DNA from: Sedimentisphaerales bacterium
Lineage (GTDB): Bacteria; Planctomycetota; Phycisphaerae; Sedimentisphaerales; SM23-30
Assembly: GCA_963666285.1 (NCBI GenBank)
Contig: OY762711.1
Strand: one strand, 5' to 3'
Length of the DNA stretch: 64,000 nt
Shown: positions 18,883 to 27,428 of the stretch, in pieces
Layout: every line of letters begins with the position of its first letter
Numbering within the stretch: the first letter of the stretch is position 1
Position numbers and translations under genes: made by a program
Notes under the pieces: model-generated
Seen by the model: the letters and a program-made list of their open reading frames with translations, nothing else
Database searches by the model: none
What the model was told of the DNA's origin: nothing

Positions 18883-19151
18883 TAGCTAACGCAGTTGACA
18901 ATTTAGTTGCAGTTGATAAGCAGGCTATGCTAAAGGAAAAGGCTGCCGAGCTGGTGAGCAATGTTTTTTATGGCACGCTCATGAAAGAGTTCCGTGCCAG
19001 TTCCGAAGACAGCCTCTTCTCCGGTGGCTTTGCCGGGCAGGCTTTCCAGCAGCAGCTTGATAATGTCTTTATAGGAAATTTATCAAAGCAGACTAATAAT
19101 CCTATTGCTGATGCTCTGGTTAGACAGCTTGGTGGAACCAATAGTAAATAA
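18879..19151 (+). CDS. flgJ: FlgJ-like rod-binding protein (no muramidase domain)
   Basis: LKEKAAEL...F...LMKEFR.S...LFSGG.....F...LD......LS....IADALVRQL. Confidence 0.75.
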   Translation: MIANAVDNLVAVDKQAMLKEKAAELVSNVFYGTLMKEFRASSEDSLFSGGFAGQAFQQQLDNVFIGNLSKQTNNPIADALVRQLGGTNSK

Positions 19152-19175
19152 TGATTTGTAGTTTCGATATATATT

Positions 19176-19685
19176 ATGATAGAGCAGTATATAAAACAAT
19201 TGATAAATGCGATAACTAACGATCTTCGCAGCTACAGGGAACTGGGCAATGTGCTGGAGAGCAGGCTTGCTGCCATTCGCACCAGGAACGCTTCTATGAT
19301 CGAAGAGATGACTGCCGGTCAGGAAAAACTAATGAGATCAATAGCGTTCAATGCTCAGCGGAGAATACAGCTCGTTGGTAAAATTACTGAACTGCTGCTG
19401 CCGGAAAGAGTTGGAAAAGGGCAGGTGTCGCTTTCTGATATTGCTGACAAAATTGAAGGGGTAGATAAAAGTAAACTACTGGCCTTGAAATCAATGCTTT
19501 TCAAGGAAGTGGAAAAAGTTAATCGACTGAACCGGATTAATAATGTTGCAATTAAAAAAATGCTCGGACATCTCGACTATATTTTTAAGGCAATTTCAAA
19601 TGTTGAACATGAAACCGGGATATATGACAAAGAAGGCAGACAGCTTGGACCGCGGTCCAGCAGCCTGATAGATGCGATAGCGTAA
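19176..19685 (+). CDS. flgN: Flagellar export chaperone FlgN
   Basis: Helical protein upstream of flgK, LNRINN and terminal GIYDKEG...LIDAIA motifs. Confidence 0.75.
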   Translation: MIEQYIKQLINAITNDLRSYRELGNVLESRLAAIRTRNASMIEEMTAGQEKLMRSIAFNAQRRIQLVGKITELLLPERVGKGQVSLSDIADKIEGVDKSKLLALKSMLFKEVEKVNRLNRINNVAIKKMLGHLDYIFKAISNVEHETGIYDKEGRQLGPRSSSLIDAIA

Positions 19686-19715
19686 ATAAGGTACTAAACT
19701 AGAGGAATAACCAAT

Positions 19716-21467
19716 ATGGCTTTAATAAATGGCTCATTACAAATTGGCGGAACAGCGCTGGCAGTTTCTCAGGCTGCTTTGTCTGTCACTGGTAATAATA
19801 TTGCCAATTCTGCTACCGAAGGTTATTCCAGGCAGGTACCGCAGCTTACGCCTACCCAGTCTTATGAGGTGCTGCCTGGCCAGTATACCGGTACCGGCGT
19901 TGCTATATATGATATAACAAGAATTACTGATGAGGCGATAAATTCCAGGTTGAGAAGTGCTGCCGGTGATTCCGCTTCATATCTCATACAGCAGCAGACT
20001 ATGAGCCGGGTTGAGTCAGCTTTTAATGAACTTACCGAAGACGATGTCTCTACTCGCCTTAATGATTTCTTCTCTGCCTGGTCGCAGTTACAGATTCAGC
20101 CGCAGGATGTTGCCTCCAGGAATGTTGTGCTGCAGAATGCCGATAGTGTTACAAATGTTATTCGTGAACTTCGGTCTAATCTGTCAGATATTCATGACGA
20201 CCTGAATAGCCAGGTCAAAGCTGCAGTTAGTCAGGCTGATGTATTGGCAAAGGAAATAGCCGCTATAAATGGTGATATTGTGGCAACCGAAGCCGGTAGA
20301 ACCGGTTCTGCCGCTGCCTTGCGTGACCAGCGCGATGATATGCTCCTGCAGCTTAACGAACTTGTTAATATCACTACTCAGGAACAGGCTGGTGGTTCTG
20401 TAACTGTTTATGTCGGTAATGAGCCGCTGGTGCAGTTTACTGATTGTCGCGGGCTTTCTTATCGCGACGTCACAAATTCTGAAGGCGAAAAGGTGACCGA
20501 GGTTATCTTCGAAAGTAACTCCGGGGTGGCCGATCTTGCCAGCGGTAAGATAAGCGGGCTTATCACTGCTCGTGATGAACTGGTTGATTCTGTTATTTCT
20601 GATATGGATAGCTGGGCCCAGTCGTTAATCTACGAGGTTAATAATCTGCACAGTGTTGGTAGCTCAATGGAAGAGGTTACGGAATTTATATCGGATTACA
20701 ATGTCGATGACCCGACAGCATCTCTGGCTTCTTCTTCTAGTAACGGCTTAAACTGGGATGTAACCAATGGTGTGTTTAATATAAATGTTATAAACAGTAG
20801 TGGTGAAATTGATCATACCGAGACAATTAAAGTAAATATAAACTCACCTTCCAGTGATTCTCTCAATAGTGTTGCTGCTAAATTAGATGCTGTCGATGGC
20901 GTTAGTTCTTATGTCGATGCTGCCGGTTATCTCCATATCGAGGCAAGTTCTTCTGGCGACTCCATTGCTTTTTCACTGCCGACAGATTCTGAAGATGAGC
21001 GTAATTATGATAGTGCTACCAATTTTCTGGCAGTAATAGGTATCAATACTTTCTTTAGTGGTGATAACGCTTCTGATATCAGCTTGAAGGAAGATTTCTA
21101 TAATCACCCGGAAAAAGTTGTGGCTGGCGATTGGGCGCTTGGTCTTACCGGTGACGGAAGTATAGCATCTAAGATTGCATCTCTTGCTACCGAAGGTGCT
21201 TCAAGTTTGAATGGAATATCTCTGTCAGATAACTTTTCTTCGATCGTCGCTGATATTGCCAGTAATACCGCCCGGGTAGAAGATAATTACTCTGCCGCTG
21301 AAGCTGTACTCGAAACCCTTAAGCTCGAGCAGCAGGGGGTGAGTGGTGTATCCGTAGATGAAGAAGCTATGAACATGATTGTTTTTCAACGGGCCTATCA
21401 GGGTGCCGCTAAGTATATTGGAGTTATAGACGAGTTACTTGACGAAGTTATAGGATTAATAAGTTAA
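19716..21467 (+). CDS. flgK: Hook-associated protein FlgK
   Basis: ALSVTGNNIANSATEGYSRQ, GTGV, LRDQRD, SGVSVDEEAMNMIVFQRAYQ. Confidence 0.95.
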   Translation: MALINGSLQIGGTALAVSQAALSVTGNNIANSATEGYSRQVPQLTPTQSYEVLPGQYTGTGVAIYDITRITDEAINSRLRSAAGDSASYLIQQQTMSRVESAFNELTEDDVSTRLNDFFSAWSQLQIQPQDVASRNVVLQNADSVTNVIRELRSNLSDIHDDLNSQVKAAVSQADVLAKEIAAINGDIVATEAGRTGSAAALRDQRDDMLLQLNELVNITTQEQAGGSVTVYVGNEPLVQFTDCRGLSYRDVTNSEGEKVTEVIFESNSGVADLASGKISGLITARDELVDSVISDMDSWAQSLIYEVNNLHSVGSSMEEVTEFISDYNVDDPTASLASSSSNGLNWDVTNGVFNINVINSSGEIDHTETIKVNINSPSSDSLNSVAAKLDAVDGVSSYVDAAGYLHIEASSSGDSIAFSLPTDSEDERNYDSATNFLAVIGINTFFSGDNASDISLKEDFYNHPEKVVAGDWALGLTGDGSIASKIASLATEGASSLNGISLSDNFSSIVADIASNTARVEDNYSAAEAVLETLKLEQQGVSGVSVDEEAMNMIVFQRAYQGAAKYIGVIDELLDEVIGLIS

Positions 21468-21501
21468 AACTAATTGATTTTTTAATAAAGGAAACTAGAT
21501 A

Positions 21502-23448
21502 ATGGCATCATCAGTCAGACCAATTGCAACACCCAGAGTTACAATGCTTATGCAGTCAAACCTGCTTATGAGCAGTATTAACTCTACCTCTTCTGAGTTA
21601 TTGACCGCTCAGTCGCAATTGTCCAGCGGGCTGAGAATATTACGACCTAGTGATGATCCTGCCGACGCTACTGTTGTTATGAGTCTTGACAATCAGCTTG
21701 AACGGCAAAATAGCTATCTTGACAGTATCCAGTATGTCGGTGATTATCTCTCTTCCGCTGACTCTGCTTTACAGCAGGCAACTGACCTGGTAAACGAAGC
21801 ATATAGCCTGGCTCTTGTTAGTGTCGGTGATACCATTGATGATTCTGGCCGTGAGGCAAATGCTATTATGATCGACTCGATTATTGATCAGCTTGTAGAA
21901 GTTGCCAACCAGTCAAATTATGGTGCTTATATTTTCGGCGGGCTCAACGCTACCGAACAGCCGTTTACCTTTGATGGCGGCGGGGTTATGTACGAAGGTA
22001 ATACCGGTGACCGCGTGACCAGGATAAATGATGACAACCTGACATATTTCAGCATTGATGGCGATGAAGCTTTTGGTGGGCTGAGCGGCCAGGTGGTTGG
22101 CATTGCCGATATCAATCCTGACCTTACCTCTGACACTTTACTGGCTGATGTTAATGGAACTGTCGATCGCGGTATTCGCAAAGGATCGCTTAGTATCCAG
22201 GTTGGTACTGATACTTATGTTGTTGATTTAACTAATGCCGTTACTGTCGGTGATGTCACCAGTTTGATAAATGATGCTACCGGCGGCACTGTTAATGCTT
22301 ATATAAATGCCGCTAATAATGGATTGGAACTGGACGCTACCCCGGCGGCAACTCTTAAGGTAGATGATATTGGCAGTGGAACTGTTGCCAGTGACCTTGG
22401 TATAAATACAAACGGTGCCACCATACCGGCCGGCACCGATATAGTGGGCCAGGACATCGATGCTCGCCTAACGTCGCAAACTTCTGTGTCGGCGTTGGCG
22501 GGCATTGATCTGACTTCGGGAATTGTTATCGAAAATTCACTGATGCCTGATATCAACCCGATTACCTTTGATTCTTGTGATACTGTCGGCGATATGATCA
22601 ACCTGATCAATGGAGCTAATATTGGTGTCAGGGCTGAGATCAATGATACCGGCGACGGGATAGATATCTTGAATCAGCTCAGCGGGTCGAATATGACCAT
22701 CGGTGAAAATGGCGGCACCACTGCTGAAGACCTTGGTATCAGGTCATTTACCAACTCCAGTCTCCTGAGTGAGTTCAATAACGGGGTTGGGGTTGCTGTT
22801 ACTGACGGTGCAATCAGTATTGTTGATAGTGCTGGTAACAGCTATTCTGTTGACTTAACCGATTCGGTGACAGTTCAGGATGTGATTGATAAAATCAATG
22901 CATCTGCCGGTGCTACCGTTACTGCATCTTTGGCAACTACCGGGAATGGGTTTGTCCTTACCGATACTTCCGGTGGCGCTGGTACTATGTCTGTTGCTAC
23001 CGAAAGTGAAAATGGATACGATGTTGCTTTGCAGCTTGGTATCAGCACACTTGGTAGTGATGTTACTGTTACCGGTAATGTTATGCAGGGTGAAGATGTT
23101 AATACTGTAAAGCCGTCTGGTATTTTCTCAGACCTCATGGCACTGCGTGACGCTATGCTGGCTAATGATGATGCTGAAATCACTCGTATTGGTGAAATGA
23201 TCGCTGATGACAGGGACCAGCTTATAAATATGAATGGTATTGTCGGGTCTATGAACAAGAGCATAGAACAGCGACAGACTTATATGGAAGATAATATCCT
23301 GGCCACAGAAACGCTTCGTTCGGATATCCGCGATATCGATTTTACCGAGGCGATTACCAGGTATGAAAATTTATATACCGCTTTACAAGCGAACTTAATG
23401 GCCGGTAGCTCGCAAAGCCAGATTTCACTTCTGGATTTCCTGGGCTAG
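21502..23448 (+). CDS. flgL: Hook-associated protein FlgL with large variable insertion
   Basis: QLSSGLRILRPSDDP, YIFGG, DIDFTEAI, SLLDFL C-terminus. Confidence 0.9.
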   Translation: MASSVRPIATPRVTMLMQSNLLMSSINSTSSELLTAQSQLSSGLRILRPSDDPADATVVMSLDNQLERQNSYLDSIQYVGDYLSSADSALQQATDLVNEAYSLALVSVGDTIDDSGREANAIMIDSIIDQLVEVANQSNYGAYIFGGLNATEQPFTFDGGGVMYEGNTGDRVTRINDDNLTYFSIDGDEAFGGLSGQVVGIADINPDLTSDTLLADVNGTVDRGIRKGSLSIQVGTDTYVVDLTNAVTVGDVTSLINDATGGTVNAYINAANNGLELDATPAATLKVDDIGSGTVASDLGINTNGATIPAGTDIVGQDIDARLTSQTSVSALAGIDLTSGIVIENSLMPDINPITFDSCDTVGDMINLINGANIGVRAEINDTGDGIDILNQLSGSNMTIGENGGTTAEDLGIRSFTNSSLLSEFNNGVGVAVTDGAISIVDSAGNSYSVDLTDSVTVQDVIDKINASAGATVTASLATTGNGFVLTDTSGGAGTMSVATESENGYDVALQLGISTLGSDVTVTGNVMQGEDVNTVKPSGIFSDLMALRDAMLANDDAEITRIGEMIADDRDQLINMNGIVGSMNKSIEQRQTYMEDNILATETLRSDIRDIDFTEAITRYENLYTALQANLMAGSSQSQISLLDFLG

Positions 23449-23584
23449 CCGAATGTGTTAATAAATGTTGGCTGATCTGTTTCAGCCTGATAATGTATAA
23501 CTGACCCTGAAAAGTCAGTAGGAGTTAATTTATGGTGCGACAATTGGAGTGTCGCGTTTAGGATGACAGGAGGTTACACTAACC

Positions 23585-24040
23585 ATGAGAATCCGAACTA
23601 CTAGATTTGGCGAGATTGAAATTGATGATACCAGGACAATGCACTTCCCTGAAGGAATACTTGGATTTCCTGAATATCACAATTATGCTCTGCTGCAAAC
23701 GAACAATGAAGGCAATTTCTTCTGGCTGCAATCGACAGAATGTGAAAACCTGGCTTTTGTTGTTTGTGACCCGTTGCTGTTTGTACCTGATTATCAGGTG
23801 CCGGTTAAGTCGGAAGATCTTAAGACAATTGGTCTGGATGGGCTTGATAATGCCCAGGTGCTTATTATTGTCAATAAGATCGGTAATGCTCTGACTGGAA
23901 ATCTACAGGGACCGCTTGTTATAAATGCGAATACCTGTGATGCCAGGCAGCTTGTGCTCTCTGAAAAAAGATATAGTACCAGGCATCCGTTGATGGAATT
24001 AAGACCTAAGAAGGAAGAGAAAGTTTCGCAGACTGCATAG
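23585..24040 (+). CDS. fliW: Flagellar assembly factor / CsrA antagonist FliW
   Basis: TTRFGEIEI, FPEGILGF, WLQS, AFVV.DP, NLQGPLVIN. Confidence 0.95.
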   Translation: MRIRTTRFGEIEIDDTRTMHFPEGILGFPEYHNYALLQTNNEGNFFWLQSTECENLAFVVCDPLLFVPDYQVPVKSEDLKTIGLDGLDNAQVLIIVNKIGNALTGNLQGPLVINANTCDARQLVLSEKRYSTRHPLMELRPKKEEKVSQTA

Positions 24041-24219
24041 TGTATGCAGCTGGATGCAAGCTCTGTTGTGACAGATCTGTTTCTTTACAATCTTCACAAT
24101 TGAAATTGACGCTCGAATTCATTCTTTATGAGAGCTGCTCTTTCAAATGAAATGTATGAGACACTCTGCAAACCAAGACTGATAATACTAAATGGTTTTT
24201 TAAACCAGGGAGCCCGAGA

Positions 24220-24429
24220 ATGCTGGTTTTAAGCAGACATAAAGATCAAACCATAATGATCGGTGATAACGTAGAAATCACCGTTGTAGATATACGTGGG
24301 GACAAAGTCAGGTTAGGCATAACTGCCCCGTCTGATATCCCGGTACACAGGAAAGAAGTGTACGAGGCGATTAAAAAAGAAAACAAGCAGGCAGCTAATA
24401 TTACTCTCGATGATATAAGTGAGGCCTAG
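24220..24429 (+). CDS. csrA: Carbon storage regulator CsrA
   Basis: MLVLSR..DQTIMIGDNVEITVVDIRGDKVRLGITAP..IPVHRKE. Confidence 0.97.
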   Translation: MLVLSRHKDQTIMIGDNVEITVVDIRGDKVRLGITAPSDIPVHRKEVYEAIKKENKQAANITLDDISEA

Positions 24430-24567
24430 TTGAAGCTAAAGCGTAAATAAACAATGTGACACAGGAAGTTAATACTCCCGCCGCAAGTTTAATAGTGCAG
24501 TTGGATGGTGCTATGCGGAAGGCAAGAAGCTGTAGGGAGTAAATAATAGTCACGGAGGATTATTATT

Positions 24568-26007
24568 ATGACAAGAATTAACACAAACGTATCGGCACTG
24601 ACCGCTCAAACTTTTTTGAATCGTTCTAACAATGAACTTAGTTCAACGTTACAGCGATTAAGTAGCGGTCTAAGAATTAACAGAGGAGCTGACGATCCTG
24701 CCGGACTTATCGTTTCTGAAAATCTGCGGTCTGAAATGAGCAGTATTGAAGAAGCGATCGGTAATTCTCAGCGTGCTTCAAATGTGATCGCCACCGCCGA
24801 AGGTGCGCTCGCGGAAGTAGCGGCTCTGTTGATTACTATTAAAGGACTTACTGTTGAAGCCGCTAATACCGGCGCGCTCAGTGATGAAGAGATCAGGGCT
24901 AACCAGCTACAGGTGGATTCTGCAATTGACAGTATCACCAGGATCGCTAATGCCACAACTTTCTCCGGTCTGCAGCTGCTCAACGGGAATATGGGCTATG
25001 TTACATCCGGTGTTTCCACCTCGGCTATTAAGTCGCTTGATATCTACAGCGCTCTTATCGGCGGACAGGACTATCTGCCGGTCAAGATCTCGGGTGTGCT
25101 CTCTGCACAACGTGGTGAACTCCAGTACAGGACCAGCTCGGTTTCCCAGTCTGTTACCCTTGAAGTTGCTTCCAACAGGGGAGTAGAAGTATTCAACTTC
25201 GTTAGCGGGTTCGAAAGTGTCAATATGGTATCTGCGATCAATGCGGTTACCGGAGCTACCGGCGTCTCTGCTACTTTTATCAACGATGCCAATAAGGCAT
25301 CTGGCCTGATATTCCGTAGTATCGATTATGGTACAGACTCGTTTGTCTCTGTACGTACACTGCCTAGCAGCTCCGGCACATTCACCGTTACCGACAGCGG
25401 CGGCACAACAAGGCAGCGTGATGAAGGTCGCGATGTTGTTGCTACTGTTAATGGTACTACCACTGTCGGAGATGGTACTATGATTACTCTCAACACCAGC
25501 GGGCTTGACCTCAGGTTAAAGCTCGATACCCAGTTCGGTAGCGGCAATACCACAAACTTTGCCATTACCGGCGGCGGGGCTACCTTCCAGCTCGGACCGC
25601 ATATCAATACCTCCGAACAGACCAGTATTGGTATCGGTTCTATTGCCGCCAGCAGTCTCGGCAGTGTCGAAAACGGGTTCCTCAACGAAGTTGCTACCGG
25701 TGGTTCTGCTTCGCTTGTTTCTGGTAATACCTCGGCTGCCGCTGAGATTGTCGAAGAGGCGATCTCGCAGATATCCGTTCTTCGCGGCCGGCTCGGTGCT
25801 TTCGAGAAAAACACTCTCGATACCAATATTAACTCTTTAAGTATCACGCTCCAGAATGTAACTGCCTCTGAATCTGCGATTCGTGATGCCGACTTCGCTG
25901 AAGAATCATCAGCGATGACTAGAAATCAGATCCTGGTTAACGCTGGTACCTCTGTTCTTGGTATCGCTAACCAGACTCCGCAGAACGTACTATCGTTGCT
26001 GCAATAA
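24568..26007 (+). CDS. fliC: Flagellin
   Basis: MTRINTNVSAL, RLSSGLRIN.GADDPAGL, FQLG, RGRLGA, SAIRDADFAEE, ANQ.PQNVLSLL. Confidence 0.97.
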   Translation: MTRINTNVSALTAQTFLNRSNNELSSTLQRLSSGLRINRGADDPAGLIVSENLRSEMSSIEEAIGNSQRASNVIATAEGALAEVAALLITIKGLTVEAANTGALSDEEIRANQLQVDSAIDSITRIANATTFSGLQLLNGNMGYVTSGVSTSAIKSLDIYSALIGGQDYLPVKISGVLSAQRGELQYRTSSVSQSVTLEVASNRGVEVFNFVSGFESVNMVSAINAVTGATGVSATFINDANKASGLIFRSIDYGTDSFVSVRTLPSSSGTFTVTDSGGTTRQRDEGRDVVATVNGTTTVGDGTMITLNTSGLDLRLKLDTQFGSGNTTNFAITGGGATFQLGPHINTSEQTSIGIGSIAASSLGSVENGFLNEVATGGSASLVSGNTSAAAEIVEEAISQISVLRGRLGAFEKNTLDTNINSLSITLQNVTASESAIRDADFAEESSAMTRNQILVNAGTSVLGIANQTPQNVLSLLQ

Positions 26008-26022
26008 AATTAAATACGCTTG

Positions 26023-26106
26023 GCTAGCGGGTAAGACTCTCACGTCCGGTCTCGTCCACCGGCTGTTAAAATTACAGATTACTCGCAATAGCTTCAACTC
26101 CGTGAC
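26023..26106 (+). ncRNA. Structured fliC 3' UTR / candidate 3'-derived sRNA
   Basis: Closing stem GCGGGTAA/TTACTCGC enclosing hairpins CCGGT/ACCGG and CTGT/ACAG, followed by an 18-nt segment antisense to the fliC leader. Confidence 0.5.
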
Positions 26107-26141
26107 AAGGCACAACCCGTCCAGTTGTGCCTTTCTTTTTT
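26107..26141 (+). terminator. Intrinsic terminator of fliC
   Basis: AAGGCACAAC-ccgtcca-GTTGTGCCTT followed by TCTTTTTT. Confidence 0.88.
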
Positions 26142-26272
26142 ATCTACTTGTAAATAAAAGATTTGCGTTTATGGTTTTGTGTAACTCTGGAAACAACTCT
26201 GGAAAACCTCGTTTTAAGTTAAATTAGGGTTTATTTATTGTTTTGTACTTCTATTAAATTGGGGAAACTAAT

Positions 26273-27163
26273 ATGCAAACTAATGATGAAAAAAAAGTTG
26301 ATAGTAAGAGGTTTATAGGTTGGCTAAAAGAAGCTACTTCTAAAATTATGAAAGGCTATTTTCAATTACCAATTGATGGTTTGAAATATTCAATATTCAG
26401 AGAAAGAGTATATTGTTATGAATTGTATCATCAACTTCGTTGTTTGATGGAAGGCAAAACTACTTACTCACTTGGTGGTGAAGTTGACAAGGGCAAACAT
26501 CCCAAAATAGGACAAATAAAAGACATTAAAAATACTATCCCAGATTTACTCTTTCATGGTCCTGGCTACATGGAAAATAATCTGGTTATCGTTGAAGTGA
26601 AGCCACTGAAAAATGATTTGTCAACTCGATCTGTTTTAGAAGATATAAAGAAAATATCTATATATATAAACGAAGCTAATTATGTAAAAGGGGTTATGCT
26701 TTTATATGGGGATAATGAAGTGAAAGTTAATCAAGTAGCCAGTGATGCACCAAAAGAATTTGATACAAGTAATATTATTCTATTGTGGCATAAGAAAGTT
26801 GGTGTACAAGCACAAGTTGTTTCTTGGAAGGATAAGGACCAAAGCTCCGTACATAAGAGCTCAAGCTCCGTACATAAGAACACTGATTCCGATAATAATG
26901 AATATTATGAACAATTGATGAACATTGTAGCCCCAATATCTGGAAAAAAACGTGTAAAACCGGAAGAAATGATGGATGTCATTGTTAACCTATGTAAAAT
27001 CAAAGAGTTAACAACAAGAGAATTGGCAGGATTACTAGGTCGTACCCAAGAAACCGTCAGAATTCATTATGTGGCTAAATTATGCGAACAAGGAAGGTTG
27101 CAAAGAAAAATACCAAACATTAAAAATCATCCAGATCAGAGATATAAAGTGGGAAAGTTTTAA
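26273..27163 (+). CDS. Putative PD-(D/E)xK nuclease-like protein fused to a C-terminal winged HTH
   Basis: RERVYCYELYHQLR, PDLLFH...IVEVK; SSVHK repeat linker; ELTTRELAGLLGR..ETVR.HY..L...G.L..K.P...HP.QRY; AT-rich. Confidence 0.6.
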   Translation: MQTNDEKKVDSKRFIGWLKEATSKIMKGYFQLPIDGLKYSIFRERVYCYELYHQLRCLMEGKTTYSLGGEVDKGKHPKIGQIKDIKNTIPDLLFHGPGYMENNLVIVEVKPLKNDLSTRSVLEDIKKISIYINEANYVKGVMLLYGDNEVKVNQVASDAPKEFDTSNIILLWHKKVGVQAQVVSWKDKDQSSVHKSSSSVHKNTDSDNNEYYEQLMNIVAPISGKKRVKPEEMMDVIVNLCKIKELTTRELAGLLGRTQETVRIHYVAKLCEQGRLQRKIPNIKNHPDQRYKVGKF

Positions 27164-27325
27164 TTAAGGGAGTGTTCATTTGACTGTGTAAATGGTACTA
27201 TTGGTATTAGGCAGAATACACTTCTGTCTTGAATTTTACACATTTCTATATTAACTTGTATATTATCATTCTGAAGGACAAGGCACTGCTGAAGAGCAAC
27301 CTGAGCGCCAGAATGATGCCGAGAC

Positions 27326-27370
27326 AAAAGGCTCTGGAAGAGTATACATTTTCCATGAGCCTTTTATTTT
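27326..27370. terminator. Bidirectional-looking terminator inside IS256
   Basis: AAAAGGCTC-TGGAA...TTCCA-T-GAGCCTTTT followed by ATTTT. Confidence 0.75.
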
Positions 27371-27428
27371 GTTTTGGCTGATAAGCGAAAAACTTATAAA
27401 AACAGCTCCGCCAAAGGCGGCACCTCTT

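Noticed and set aside
24041..24219. c-di-GMP-I riboswitch between fliW and csrA (GCAAACC)
   Set aside because: GAAA tetraloop stem and GCAAAG/receptor elements not found
24380..24470. sigma28 promoter for fliC
   Set aside because: No TAAA-N15-GCCGATAA match with acceptable spacing found
26273..27163. TnpB-derived TldR repressor next to csrA/fliC
   Set aside because: No RuvC or zinc-finger TnpB features in the protein
27271..27325. CTGAAGA...GAGAC as hammerhead ribozyme, or GCAACC/AACCTGA as SAM-I, TPP or c-di-GMP-II riboswitch
   Set aside because: Required companion motifs (GAAA core, AUC..GAG/AGGUGC, CUGAGA, GUGCAACC pseudoknot) are missing; kept only as an unassigned structure
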